A stretch of DNA of 64,000 nucleotides from Longimicrobiales bacterium (GTDB lineage: Bacteria > Gemmatimonadota > Gemmatimonadetes > Longimicrobiales > Gaopeijiaceae). Both the position numbers and the translations under genes were made by a program. This document shows, piece by piece, positions 27,648-37,575 of the stretch (positions are counted from its first letter, which is position 1; the number at the start of each line of letters is the position of its first letter). The stretch lies in NCBI GenBank assembly GCA_041690395.1, contig JAWLHJ010000004.1, forward strand, positions 401,365 through 465,364. Reading direction: 5' to 3'. Below the pieces are notes generated by a model. That model was not told where the DNA came from, did no database searches, and saw only the letters and a program-made list of their open reading frames with translations.

Positions 27648-29309
27648 TCAACGAGTGGCCACATGGTGCACGATCGAGTCGGCCAATCGCTCCGAAATGT
27701 CCTGTAGATCCCGAAAGCGTTCCTCAAGCTCGTCGCAGAGCGCCATGAGCTCGGTTACCCTTCCAACGATGCGGCGCTGTTCATCGAGGGGCGGCAAGGG
27801 AATCGGGCAGGCTCCGAAATAATCGCGCGGCACCCGTTGCTGTCCCGCAGTGCCCGTCATTCGTGGCACACCCGCCTCGATAAAGGTCGCAGACTTCAGG
27901 AACACGAGGGCGTAACTCGGCTCAAGAACACCCTGGAACGGTCGAAGAACATGTAGCTCGGTGGTGCCCGCGCCTATTCCGTTCGGCAACCCTGAAACGA
28001 CAACGGATTTTCGGTTCTGGAAGCACGGGGTGATCTTGGCCAACGCGATATCCCCGTCGGCCAGATGCGTGTAGCCCTTCTTGATCTCCTTCCAAAGGCG
28101 TAGCTCCGCCGTGTGCCCGGGTACGAAACCGTCATCGATTGCGGCCATGGGGACGAAGCCGGCCTCCGTTTCATCCGCCACCTCGTTTCTTGGGCCGACG
28201 ATCCCGAGATCCTGCAGTTCCACCCAGCGCCATGTCTCGGGCACCTCGAAGGTCGGGGGTGGATCAGGGATCCTGCATCGGCGTGGCTTCCGCCCCGAGT
28301 ACGTCTTGAGCGCCTGCGCTGCTCGCACCAAGAGCTCGGCGGCAGACTCCTCGCCCGCCCGCTGCTCCACCAGCCTGCCTCTCACTGCCAGATCGAGGAT
28401 GGTCCGCCTGAGGTCGTCTACGCTCTCGGGCGTAGTGAACAGCGACTCCCAGTTGTCACGCATCCGGACCCACTCGCCGTCAGCTAGGAGGGCCTCGAGC
28501 GAGGATACACGGGCCTGGTCGCGAACAGTAGCCGTCACCGCCTCGACTCGGGTGAGCTCTTCTAGAATGGCTTGGAGCCCACCAACCGTCCGGACGATTT
28601 CGTGCTGTACCTCGAGCGGTGGTAGAGGCAGCAAGATCAGAACCATCCGGGTAAGGCCGAGATCCCGGTTTCCGGTACCGTGTGTGTACTCCTGCGCTTG
28701 TTCATAGCAGAAGGGGCTGTTCAGTGCTAAAGCCAGATACTCGGGGGCTACCAATTCCAGATCAGTCCGAAGCACAGCAACGTGGACCCAGACAGAGAAA
28801 TCCATGGATAGGTCGTTGACCACCGCGACCCCCGTCGTCCCCCCTTTGGTGTACAAGATGTCGCCTGGGCGCGGGCGGATGCGCTTACAAAACGACTCGT
28901 GGTCCTCGCGAGAAACATACTTGGTGTTCGTCAGGTCGATGCGCCCCGAGCTGAGCTCGCCAGCCGAAAGCATAGGGACGGCCTCTGGATGCGGGCCGGG
29001 AACCCAGTTCGGCGAGAAGTGGGGCCCGTCCGCGACCTCGTAGCACGCCTCACCAAGGCGAATCCATTTCCAGCCGGATGGGAGGTCGAACGGAAGATCA
29101 CCGGGAAGATCGGGCAGAGCTTTCTTACGTCGGAGTTCCTTGGCTTTGATCTTTCCCTGTCTCCGCCGACGCATTTCCTCGACGATCTCCTCAGCGGACG
29201 ATGTATAGGGCACGGAGCCACCGATGCCCCCTGATATCGCGAGCATACTCGCCAAGTCCCGGAGAGAATCGATCGCCAAGAAGTCGAGAGCGGGTCCGAT
29301 GACCATCAC
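27648..29309 (-). CDS. hsdS: Type I restriction-modification specificity subunit
   Basis: Two TRDs, 'PFDLPSGWKW', 'PLPPLEVQHEIV', 'LRRTILDLAVRGRLVEQ', 'PLPPLDEQRRIV'. Confidence 0.93.
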   Translation of the reverse strand: MMVIGPALDFLAIDSLRDLASMLAISGGIGGSVPYTSSAEEIVEEMRRRRQGKIKAKELRRKKALPDLPGDLPFDLPSGWKWIRLGEACYEVADGPHFSPNWVPGPHPEAVPMLSAGELSSGRIDLTNTKYVSREDHESFCKRIRPRPGDILYTKGGTTGVAVVNDLSMDFSVWVHVAVLRTDLELVAPEYLALALNSPFCYEQAQEYTHGTGNRDLGLTRMVLILLPLPPLEVQHEIVRTVGGLQAILEELTRVEAVTATVRDQARVSSLEALLADGEWVRMRDNWESLFTTPESVDDLRRTILDLAVRGRLVEQRAGEESAAELLVRAAQALKTYSGRKPRRCRIPDPPPTFEVPETWRWVELQDLGIVGPRNEVADETEAGFVPMAAIDDGFVPGHTAELRLWKEIKKGYTHLADGDIALAKITPCFQNRKSVVVSGLPNGIGAGTTELHVLRPFQGVLEPSYALVFLKSATFIEAGVPRMTGTAGQQRVPRDYFGACPIPLPPLDEQRRIVGRVTELMALCDELEERFRDLQDISERLADSIVHHVATR

Positions 29310-30769
29310 GATTCCATGGCTTCTTCCAACACGGTCCGGACCGTGGCGCGAAGTCGGTCTATTTCCAAGCGGACGGCCGCAAGATCTCTGAGCAACTCAT
29401 CGGGATCATCGTGGGATACCGAGCCAGCATCCGGATGGCTGATGTCGAGGTTATAGCCACGCTCCACCACCTCTCCAATCGGTACCAACCACGCCCGCTC
29501 TCCGCTCTGCCGCGCCTCCCACCATGCTTTCTCTGAATCAAATTCCTCGATCCGTATAGGCTTAGTCTTTGAATAGGACTTGTAGCCCTCAGGGTAGGGA
29601 TGCTCGTAGTACCAGATCTCCTTCGTCGGCTCCCCCTTGGTGAAGAAAAGGATATTCGTGCGGGTGGGCGTATACGGCTGAAAGACCCCCTTAGGCAACC
29701 GGACAATCGTGTGGAGGTTGCAGTCCCTAAGCAGCTTCTCCTTGATCCTCGTCTTGATGCCCTCGCCGAAGAGCGTTCCGTCGGGCAGGACAATCGCGGC
29801 CCGTCCCCCGTCCTTCAGCAGTTCCATCACCAGCACCAAGAAGAGATCGGCGGTCTCGCGAGTCCGAAACTCTGATGGGAAGTTGTTCTCGATCCCGTCC
29901 TCCTCCATGCCACCGAATGGTGGATTCGTTACAATGACATCGACCTGGTCCTTAGGTCCATAGTCCCGGAGCGGCTTTGTCAGTGTGTTTCCGTGGCGAA
30001 TGTGAGAGGGTATGGCGATCCCGTGCACCATCATGTTTGTAACGCAAAGCAGGTGCGGGAGCCCCTTTTTCTCAATTCCCCGCACGCTTCGCTCTAGAAG
30101 CGCCTGCTCGTCGGTCGTCTCCACCTGCCTCTTCATGTGTTCGTAAGCACAGGTTAGGAAGCCGCCGGTTCCGCAGGCGGGATCAAGAACAACCTCCCCT
30201 AGCTGCGGGTTCACCAAGTCCACCGCGAATTGGGTCACCGCGCGCGGCGTGTAGAACTCCCCGGCGTTCCCAGCCCCTTGGAGATCCGTGAGAATCTGCT
30301 CGTAGATCTCCCCAAACAGGTGGCGGGTCTTCGCCTGATTGAAGTCGATATCCGACTGCAGCCGATCGATTACCTGGCGCATCAGGGTGCCCGACTTCAT
30401 GTAATTGTGGGCATCCTCGAAGACGCTCCGAATTATCGCGGCCCGGTCGTGCTCTTCACCCTCAAACCCCGCCAAGTCGAGTCCTTTGAGCGTCGGGAAG
30501 AGCTCTCCATCCACGAAGGCCAGAAGCGCGTCACCGGTGAGCGAGTCCTTTCCCAGGCGTTCGGAGTCCGCCCAGGAGTGCCAGCGGAGCCCCTCCGGGA
30601 CTGGAGACCGATACCCATCCCGGGTCAACTCCAACTCCTCCTCGAGATCGCTGAAGATCTTCAGAAACAACATCCATCCGAGTTGCTCGATGCGCTGGGC
30701 ATCACCCGCCACACCCGCGTCCTTCCGCATGATCTTCTGCATGGACTTGATCGTTCTTGAAAGCGACAT
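29306..30769 (-). CDS. hsdM: Type I R-M N6-adenine methyltransferase
   Basis: 'GEFYTPR', 'DPACGTGGFL', 'NPPFGG'. Confidence 0.97.
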   Translation of the reverse strand: MSLSRTIKSMQKIMRKDAGVAGDAQRIEQLGWMLFLKIFSDLEEELELTRDGYRSPVPEGLRWHSWADSERLGKDSLTGDALLAFVDGELFPTLKGLDLAGFEGEEHDRAAIIRSVFEDAHNYMKSGTLMRQVIDRLQSDIDFNQAKTRHLFGEIYEQILTDLQGAGNAGEFYTPRAVTQFAVDLVNPQLGEVVLDPACGTGGFLTCAYEHMKRQVETTDEQALLERSVRGIEKKGLPHLLCVTNMMVHGIAIPSHIRHGNTLTKPLRDYGPKDQVDVIVTNPPFGGMEEDGIENNFPSEFRTRETADLFLVLVMELLKDGGRAAIVLPDGTLFGEGIKTRIKEKLLRDCNLHTIVRLPKGVFQPYTPTRTNILFFTKGEPTKEIWYYEHPYPEGYKSYSKTKPIRIEEFDSEKAWWEARQSGERAWLVPIGEVVERGYNLDISHPDAGSVSHDDPDELLRDLAAVRLEIDRLRATVRTVLEEAMES

Positions 30770-33112
30770 CTAGGCTACTTCGTCCGAGTAGAGTTCCGAT
30801 TCAAGCTCGTGAATCGCATCGAGGTACTTCTGCTTGCCGCCAAAGGCCCTTACCAACTCGATCGGCGTCCCGAGATCCGAGATCGGTCGGAGTTGGAGTA
30901 CGGCGAACTCCTCGATCTGCTCGACCCCTTGGTCGGCATACCGCTCGAGCAGGGCATCCAGTACGGCGCGGGCGGTCCCTTCGTACTTCGTAAACACGTC
31001 TCGCCTCTTCACCGCCTCGGCCCGCTCCTTGCGAGTGAGGGCAGGACGGTCGTACGCGACGTGGCAGATGAGATCAAACGGGTCGTAGTCGGGACCCACC
31101 ATATCCGCCAGGGCTTCCAGTAGAACGCCCTGCTCTCTGAGTTCAGCGATGACCGCCTGCTTCCGATCCGCTGTCTTCCAAGAGGTCAAGAAGGCGTCAA
31201 GGGAAGTGAATTGCTCCCCGACCGTGCGGCGTGTGTAGTCCTTCAGCGACTCGGTGACGAGCTTGCCGTCCTTGTCGTAGTACTGGACGCGCTCGGCGAC
31301 GATGCCGAAGCGCTGCCCGCCGACGACATACCGTAACCGAGGCTCGGGATCCACCGGATCGACGATGACAGGATCCTCTTCGTCGTCTGGGGGCTTGATG
31401 GGCTTGTCATCGCCTGGCTGGTAGACCTGAAGCGGCGGCCCGTCCCAATCGGGATCAGCGAAGAGCTCCGTCGCTTTCCGGAAATCGATGATCGTGAAGA
31501 ACTGCTTGCCGTAGTCCTCACGGATTCGGGTGCCCCGCCCCACGATCTGCTTGAACTCCGTCATCGACCCGATGCGACGGTCCAGGACAATTACGTGACA
31601 GGTCTGCGCGTCCACCCCGGTGGTCATCAGCTTCGAGGTCGTGGCGATGACGGGGTAAGGCTCCTTCGGGTTGATAAAATGATCGAGCTGGGCCTTCCCC
31701 TCCTTCTCATCCCCCGTGATCCGCATGACATACCGGTGGTCGGCGGTCACCAGCGGCTTGTTCTCGGAGACGTTCACGAGCGCTTCCCGCATCCGCTCAG
31801 CGTGGTTGATGTCCTCACAGAAGACGATGGTCTTGTGCATAGGGTCGGTGCTGTGGAGGAACTCGGAGACACGCTCCGCCACACGCTTCGTTCGCTCCGG
31901 GAAGACGATGGACCTGTCGAAGTCCATTTGGTTGTAGATGCGGTCCTCGATCACCTCACCCTTGTCGTCTACCTGCCCCGCCGTCGGTCTCCAACCCTGG
32001 AGATCTACGTCCAGATCCACGCGGATGACCTTGAAGGGAGCCAGGAACCCGTCCTCGATGCCTTCTTTCAATGAGTACGTGTAGATCGGCTCACCGAAGT
32101 AGTGGATGTTCGAGACGTACTGCGTCTCCTTGGGCGTGGCAGTCAGCCCAAGCTGCGTAGCATCCGAGAAGTACTCCAGTATGTGCCGCCACTCCGAGTC
32201 TTCCCTGGCGCTTCCCCGGTGGCACTCGTCAACGACGATGAGATCGAAGAAGTCCGGGTCGAACTTGTCGTAGATCGGCTCGCGCCCCTCTCCGCCCACA
32301 ATGGCCTGATACAGAGAAAGGTAGATTTCGTAAGCGGTTTCGACCTTGCCGGTATTTGCGTCCACGAGCGAGCGATCCAACTTCACCATCGCCCCGCCGA
32401 AGGGCTGGAAATCATTCGTGACGGCCTGATCGACGAGGATGTTGCGGTCAGCCAGGAACAGGATGCGCTTGGCTTGTTCCTGCTTCCAGAGGCGGTGGAT
32501 GATTTGGAACGCGGTGAACGTCTTCCCGGTCCCGGTCGCCATCACCAGAAGACATCGCTTCTGCCCCTTGCTGATCGCCTCGACCGTGCGATTGATGGCG
32601 ATCTGCTGATAGTACCGGGGCGTCTTCCATCCTAGGGCCGTGTAGTTCGGTCCGGTCACCGCCGGCTCGTGCTCCGGTCGAATCCCCCTCCACTCCTTGT
32701 ACCGAGCCCACAACTCGTCGGGCGCCGGGAACGCGTCGAGTTCGAGGGTCCGCTCCACATCACCAGGAAGCCCCGTCCGATCGTGGAGGAGAAACCCCAT
32801 TCCGTTGGATGAGATCGCGAACGGAGTATCGAGCTTTTGGGCATAATCGAGCGCCTGCTGCATCCCGTCGCCCAATGAGTGTTTGTGGTCTTTGGCTTCG
32901 ACCACTGCGATGGGAAGATTCGGCTTGTAGAACAGGACATAGTCGGCCCGACGAGGCTTCTTCCGCGTGGCTATGTTCCCGCGAACCACGATCTGTCCGT
33001 CCGTGATCTGGTACTCGCGGCGGACGAGGACCTTGTCCCACCCCGCCGAATGAATGGCAGGAGTGATGAACTGATCGCAGACGTCGGCTTCCGACAGCGG
33101 CTTGGTGCTCAT
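30770..33112 (-). CDS. hsdR: Type I restriction endonuclease subunit (EcoAI/EcoEI-like)
   Basis: 'ADYVL..VVEAK', 'MATGTGKT', 'DECHRG', 'TATP', 'QIVGRGTR', EcoEI-type C-terminus. Confidence 0.97.
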   Translation of the reverse strand: MSTKPLSEADVCDQFITPAIHSAGWDKVLVRREYQITDGQIVVRGNIATRKKPRRADYVLFYKPNLPIAVVEAKDHKHSLGDGMQQALDYAQKLDTPFAISSNGMGFLLHDRTGLPGDVERTLELDAFPAPDELWARYKEWRGIRPEHEPAVTGPNYTALGWKTPRYYQQIAINRTVEAISKGQKRCLLVMATGTGKTFTAFQIIHRLWKQEQAKRILFLADRNILVDQAVTNDFQPFGGAMVKLDRSLVDANTGKVETAYEIYLSLYQAIVGGEGREPIYDKFDPDFFDLIVVDECHRGSAREDSEWRHILEYFSDATQLGLTATPKETQYVSNIHYFGEPIYTYSLKEGIEDGFLAPFKVIRVDLDVDLQGWRPTAGQVDDKGEVIEDRIYNQMDFDRSIVFPERTKRVAERVSEFLHSTDPMHKTIVFCEDINHAERMREALVNVSENKPLVTADHRYVMRITGDEKEGKAQLDHFINPKEPYPVIATTSKLMTTGVDAQTCHVIVLDRRIGSMTEFKQIVGRGTRIREDYGKQFFTIIDFRKATELFADPDWDGPPLQVYQPGDDKPIKPPDDEEDPVIVDPVDPEPRLRYVVGGQRFGIVAERVQYYDKDGKLVTESLKDYTRRTVGEQFTSLDAFLTSWKTADRKQAVIAELREQGVLLEALADMVGPDYDPFDLICHVAYDRPALTRKERAEAVKRRDVFTKYEGTARAVLDALLERYADQGVEQIEEFAVLQLRPISDLGTPIELVRAFGGKQKYLDAIHELESELYSDEVA

Positions 33113-33433
33113 TGGCCACCGACCTCGGGAGCGATCACCGATGCGGTCCGAGCCAGCGGGGAGAGATCATGCGGGCGCGGAGAGCAGACGAGCAAACAGG
33201 AGAAGTGCGCCGATGGCGGGGGCGAGAGGATCGCGGGCGCAGGTGGAACCTCCTTAGCGTGTGCCTCGGGACAGTGGGATTGGTGGATGCAGGGATAAGC
33301 GCGGGGGCATCGACCCGCAACCTACTCGGATCCTACGACAGTGCATCCCGAGCCGAGACTGCTTGAATGGGGGCGGTGGTCTCGACGGCGACGCCGCGTC
33401 CAACCCCCACCGGCAGGAGATTAGCAGCCGCTT

Positions 33434-33453
33434 GTGCACGCCCCGTGCACGGC
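33434..33453 (+). repeat. Putative integrase arm-type binding sites (paired GTGCAC)
   Basis: GTGCACGCCCCGTGCACGGC, about 70 bp inside the tRNA-side att core. Confidence 0.7.
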
Positions 33454-33520
33454 TTTTCCGACGGCGCACCTGGGCCGGACCAACCGCCTTCTAAGATGCT
33501 ACCCTGAAAGTACTTAAGAG

Positions 33521-33595
33521 TGGGCGCTGAGGGACTCGAACCCCCGACCCCCTGCTTGTAAGGCAGGTGCTCTAACCAAGCTGAGCTAAGCGCCC
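33521..33595 (-). tRNA. tRNA-Val(TAC)
   Basis: GGGCGCTTAGCTCAGCTTGGTTAGAGCACCTGCC-TTACAA-GCAGGGGGTCGGGGGTTCGAGTCCCTCAGCGCCCA folds as a cloverleaf; CCA is not encoded. Confidence 0.97.
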
Positions 33596-34004
33596 GACGT
33601 ACCGCCAATCTGGCCCCACGCTCCGGAGAACAGCAGGGCGGTTCCCGGCTCGCGTCCGAACGAAGGGAACCGCCCCGTGTCAGTCTCCGACCATGTCGGC
33701 CGACGGGTAGCAATGTGATCGCCTGCTCGACCCCGGTCAACCAACGGGAGCGTGCGTCACGGGACGTCGGAAGCCACGAACGGGGGGCCCACATCTCCTG
33801 GCGGAACGGAAGAGTCTATGGGGCCTTCCGGAGCTAGCCGAGCTGGGCGGCGACCGGTGGACCCGGTCATCGGGAGAGCAGTCACGCGCCTCTTCGCCGT
33901 GAGAAAAGTATCGCAGAGGGGGGGACTTGCTGCCAGGCCCTCCGGGCGCGGTAGCGTACGTCGTCGAAATTGCCGGATCCGAACCGACGATGGAGCGAAG
34001 ACCC

Positions 34005-35519
34005 ATGGGAACAGAGCAAGAAAGAGATCATGCCGTCGTGATCGTCGGAGGTGGACCGACCGGGCTCATGCTCGCGGGCGAGCTGGCCCTGGCAGGCGTG
34101 GACGTGGTCGTCCTCGAGCGCCGGCCGGATCAAACGCTCTTCGGCTCGCGAGCGCTCGGGATCTCCTCCCGCACGATCGAGGTCCTCGATCAGCGTGGCA
34201 TCGCGGACCGATTTCTCTCGGCGGGGCAAGCCGCACAGGTGACGGGATTCGCGTTCACCCGCTTGGACATCAGCGACTTCCCGACACGCCACAACTACGG
34301 CCTGGCGCTCCGGCAGAAGCATACCGAGCGCATCCTTGCGGAATGGGTCGCCGAGCTCGGGGTACCCATCCTCTACGGTCATGACGTCGCGGGCTTCATC
34401 CAGGACACCACGGGGGTCCACGTGACCCTCGCCGACGGTGGGTCGCTCCGCTCGCAATACCTCGTCGGCTGCGATGGTGGACGCAGCCTCGTTCGGCGAA
34501 CCGCTGGCATCGATTTCCCTGGCTGGGATGCGACGATCAGTCACATCCTCGCGGAAGTCGAGATGACGGAGTCGCCGCCGTACGGAGTGCACCGTTCGGC
34601 CGCCGGCGTCCATGCTTTCGGTAGGGAGGAGTACGAGATCATAGACGGTGAGATCGTCTACAAGGAGGTGGGCCCCGTCGGCGTCATGGTCACCGAGCCG
34701 GGCGTGGACTCATCCGGCGCACCGACGCTGCAGGATCTCAAGACGTTGCTCGTGGCCGCGTGCGGAACGGATTACGGGGTCCACAACCCGACCTGGATCT
34801 CCAGGTTCACGGACATGACGAGGCAGGCTGCGAACTACCGTCGGGGGCGCGTGCTTCTTGCCGGCGATGCCGCGCACGTCCACTCGCCCATCGGCGGTCA
34901 GGGGCTGAGCACGGGCATTCAGGACGCCGTGAATCTCGGGTGGAAGCTCGCTCAGGTGATCCAGGGCACGTCACCCGATAGCCTGCTCGATACGTACCAC
35001 GACGAGCGCCACCCGGTTGGTGCGCGAGTACTCAAATCCACCATGGCTCAGGTCGCCCTCCACCGGGAGGACGATCGCACGGCTGCGGCACGCGAGATCC
35101 TGGGTGACGTGCTCCAGATGGACGAGCCGCGCAAACACATCGCCGGGATGATGTCGGGCCTGGACATCCGTTACGAGCTGGGGCGAGGACACCCGCTGCT
35201 GGGGCGGCGCATGCCCGACCTCGATATCGATACCAAGGGTGGTCGGTGTCGTGTGTTCGACCTTCTACACAGGGCCCAGCCGGTCCTACTCGACCTCGAC
35301 GCCACCCGCACGATCGACATCAACCCGTGGTCGGATCGCGTTCAGCACGTCCATGCGAAATACAAGGGGGAGTGGGAGTTGCCGGTGATCGGCGAAGTCC
35401 GCTCACCCACAGCGGTGCTCGTCCGACCGGATGGCCACGTCGCGTGGGTGGCAGAAGGAGCTGAAACCGACCTCAGGAGCGCCCTTGCCACTTGGTTCGG
35501 GCCGCCCGCCGGGAACTGA
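34005..35519 (+). CDS. FAD-dependent monooxygenase (PheA/TfdB, rifampin-monooxygenase-like)
   Basis: 'VGGGPTGL', 'VGCDGGRS', 'LAGDAAHVHSPIGGQGL', 'LVRPDGHVAW'. Confidence 0.9.
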   Translation: MGTEQERDHAVVIVGGGPTGLMLAGELALAGVDVVVLERRPDQTLFGSRALGISSRTIEVLDQRGIADRFLSAGQAAQVTGFAFTRLDISDFPTRHNYGLALRQKHTERILAEWVAELGVPILYGHDVAGFIQDTTGVHVTLADGGSLRSQYLVGCDGGRSLVRRTAGIDFPGWDATISHILAEVEMTESPPYGVHRSAAGVHAFGREEYEIIDGEIVYKEVGPVGVMVTEPGVDSSGAPTLQDLKTLLVAACGTDYGVHNPTWISRFTDMTRQAANYRRGRVLLAGDAAHVHSPIGGQGLSTGIQDAVNLGWKLAQVIQGTSPDSLLDTYHDERHPVGARVLKSTMAQVALHREDDRTAAAREILGDVLQMDEPRKHIAGMMSGLDIRYELGRGHPLLGRRMPDLDIDTKGGRCRVFDLLHRAQPVLLDLDATRTIDINPWSDRVQHVHAKYKGEWELPVIGEVRSPTAVLVRPDGHVAWVAEGAETDLRSALATWFGPPAGN

Positions 35520-35610
35520 GCTAGCGTCAGTCTCCAGCGGGAGCGTGCGTCATGGGACGCCGGAAGTCACATTCCGGGAGCAAGGGTTCGGGCCGACAGG
35601 AGGCGCTACA

Positions 35611-36384
35611 ATGCATCGGATCATCGCGGTATCCGCTCTGTGGGCGGTCTTCGCAGCCTTCCCGCTTTCTGGACACGCTCAGACCATCGTGCCGAGCGAG
35701 AACCGATCGGCCATCGAGTTGTATCTCGTTCTGGACCCGCTACAGGACGAGAACACCGCGGTGTTCCGCTGGGTGGATGGGAGGGGGAGGCTGGTGCTTC
35801 ACCCGAGCGTCGGCGCATTCGGTCTCAGGTCGGCGTTGCGGCGCCTCGGACGATACGCCCGGAGCGACAACCCCGACTGGCAACCCGTGGACGATCCCGT
35901 GGTGCTTCCCGTGGACCGGCCTCCGCACGGATACGAACGTGAGCCGGCCGAGTATTGGGATCGCTTGATCGCCGCGACGCCCATCGAAATGAAGGGTCAT
36001 CGCGTACCCGTGAGGGTCGATAGCACGCGGTTCGGGATTTCGAAGCGGCGCTACCAGGTGCCTCCGGTTCCCCCGGACACCGTGCCGGCGTCGTTCGACG
36101 AAGACGCCGCGTTCGTTTCAGACGGCAACATGTCGCAGATATCCACGACGATCCTGGCCGTTCACTTCGCGTACGGGGCCACCCTGGCGGAGAAGCAGGA
36201 GGCGGTCGATCTGATCGCTGGGCGGGTGATCGGCGGCGTGGCCGTCGGCGAGGGAGGGATCTACTACATCCAGGTCGAAGGAGATGGCACCATCGCGACG
36301 ATCGACTCGATCGCCGCCGTCCTTCGAGCACTCCCGACTGTCGCGAGCGCATACCCGGAGCGGATCCTGCCGATCGGCCGGTGA
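35611..36384 (+). CDS. Secreted hypothetical protein
   Basis: AGGAGG RBS, signal peptide; C-terminus resembles a subtilase propeptide-like fold ('LPTVASAYPE'). Confidence 0.6.
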   Translation: MHRIIAVSALWAVFAAFPLSGHAQTIVPSENRSAIELYLVLDPLQDENTAVFRWVDGRGRLVLHPSVGAFGLRSALRRLGRYARSDNPDWQPVDDPVVLPVDRPPHGYEREPAEYWDRLIAATPIEMKGHRVPVRVDSTRFGISKRRYQVPPVPPDTVPASFDEDAAFVSDGNMSQISTTILAVHFAYGATLAEKQEAVDLIAGRVIGGVAVGEGGIYYIQVEGDGTIATIDSIAAVLRALPTVASAYPERILPIGR

Positions 36385-36419
36385 AACGCGAGCCGCCCAC
36401 GACCCCGGAGCCCCACGCC

Positions 36420-36980
36420 ATGCGCCCCCTCCTCTACTCCATCAACATCACCCTGGACGGCTGCTGCGATCATCGGGCCGCCGCGACGGACGAGGAGCTG
36501 CACCGTCACCATACCGAGAACCTCCAGAAGGCCGACGCCCTCCTCTGTGGCCGGGTGATCTACCAGATGATGGAGGAGGCATGGCGGGAGCCGGCGGAGA
36601 CGGGCGTGATCCCCGATTGGATGGAGCCATGGATGGAGCCCTTCGCCCGGGTGATCCATGCGAAGAAGAAGTACGTCGTCTCGAGCACCCTGGAGGGTGT
36701 CGACTGGAACGCGGAGCTCGTACGCGGAGATCTGGCGAGCACCGTCGAGCAGCTCAAACGGGAGCCCGGCAACGGGCTGATCGTGGGAGGCGTCACGCTA
36801 CCGCTGGCGTTGGCGGAGCTCGGCTTGATCGATGCGTACGAGTTCGTGGTGCATCCCAACCTGGCGGGCCACGGTCCGACGCTGCTCTCGGGGCTGTCGA
36901 ACCATGTCGACCTTGAGTTCGTGGGCCGGAAGGAGTTCGAGTCGGGAGCGGTGGCCATGCGGTACCGCCCGAGAGGCTAG
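36420..36980 (+). CDS. Dihydrofolate reductase / RibD C-terminal family protein
   Basis: 'SINITLDG', 'GRVIYQMM', 'KYVVSSTL', 'GLIDAY', 'GHGPTL'. Confidence 0.9.
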   Translation: MRPLLYSINITLDGCCDHRAAATDEELHRHHTENLQKADALLCGRVIYQMMEEAWREPAETGVIPDWMEPWMEPFARVIHAKKKYVVSSTLEGVDWNAELVRGDLASTVEQLKREPGNGLIVGGVTLPLALAELGLIDAYEFVVHPNLAGHGPTLLSGLSNHVDLEFVGRKEFESGAVAMRYRPRG

Positions 36981-37477
36981 CGGTCGGCTTCGATTCCCTC
37001 CCCGGCCAGCGCGGCCTCGATCTGGGCCATATCGATCTTCTTCATGGTCATCATCGCATCGAAGGCGCGCTTGGCGGCCGCCCGGTCGGGGTGGGTCGTC
37101 GCCTCGATCAGCACACGCGGGGTGATCTGCCACGAGATGCCCCACTTGTCCTTGCACCACCCGCACTCGCTTTCCTGGCCACCGTTGTCGATCACCGCGC
37201 GCCAGAGCCGGTCGGTCTCTTCCTGATCGTCCGTGTAGACCTGGATCGAGAACGCTTCATCGTGGGTGAACGCGGGGCCGCCGTTGAGGCCGAGGCACGG
37301 GATCCCGCAGACGGTGAACTCGACCGTCAGCACGTCGCCTTCCTTCCCGCTCGGGTTATCGCCCGGCGCGCGGTGGACGGCGCCGATGGAGCTGTCGGGG
37401 AAGGTCGCGGCGTAGAACCGTGCGGCCTCCTCGGCCCCACGGTCGTACCAGATGCAGATCGCGGCTTTGTGGCTCAT
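36977..37477 (-). CDS. VOC/PhnB (3-demethylubiquinone-9 3-methyltransferase-like) family protein
   Basis: 'AEEAARFY', 'LNGGPAF', 'CGWCKDKWGISWQI'. Confidence 0.9.
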   Translation of the reverse strand: MSHKAAICIWYDRGAEEAARFYAATFPDSSIGAVHRAPGDNPSGKEGDVLTVEFTVCGIPCLGLNGGPAFTHDEAFSIQVYTDDQEETDRLWRAVIDNGGQESECGWCKDKWGISWQITPRVLIEATTHPDRAAAKRAFDAMMTMKKIDMAQIEAALAGEGIEADR

Positions 37478-37515
37478 TGTCATCCTCCTCGGGTCCATGA
37501 TAGGGTCTCACTCGA

Positions 37516-37545
37516 TTGTCGATCGACGCACCGCCGATTCGACAA
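37516..37545. promoter_or_regulatory. Bidirectional ECF42-like promoter
   Basis: TTGTCGA..TCGACAA reads as TGTCGA-N17-CGAC on both strands, between the divergent VOC and DGPF genes. Confidence 0.6.
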
Positions 37546-37575
37546 TGCCCTCCCACCTACCCACCGAGAGCGCCC

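Larger units (their letters stand above)
15767..33566. mobile_element. Integrative genomic island (satellite/PICI-like backbone) in tRNA-Val(TAC)
   Basis: 46-bp terminal direct repeat, tyrosine integrase, excisionase-like HTH, DUF3987 gene, defence-type cargo, visibly lower GC than the flanks. Confidence 0.93.

Noticed and set aside
34005..35519. Definite rifampin resistance gene (rox)
   Set aside because: The family motifs are shared by many aromatic hydroxylases; the substrate cannot be assigned by eye
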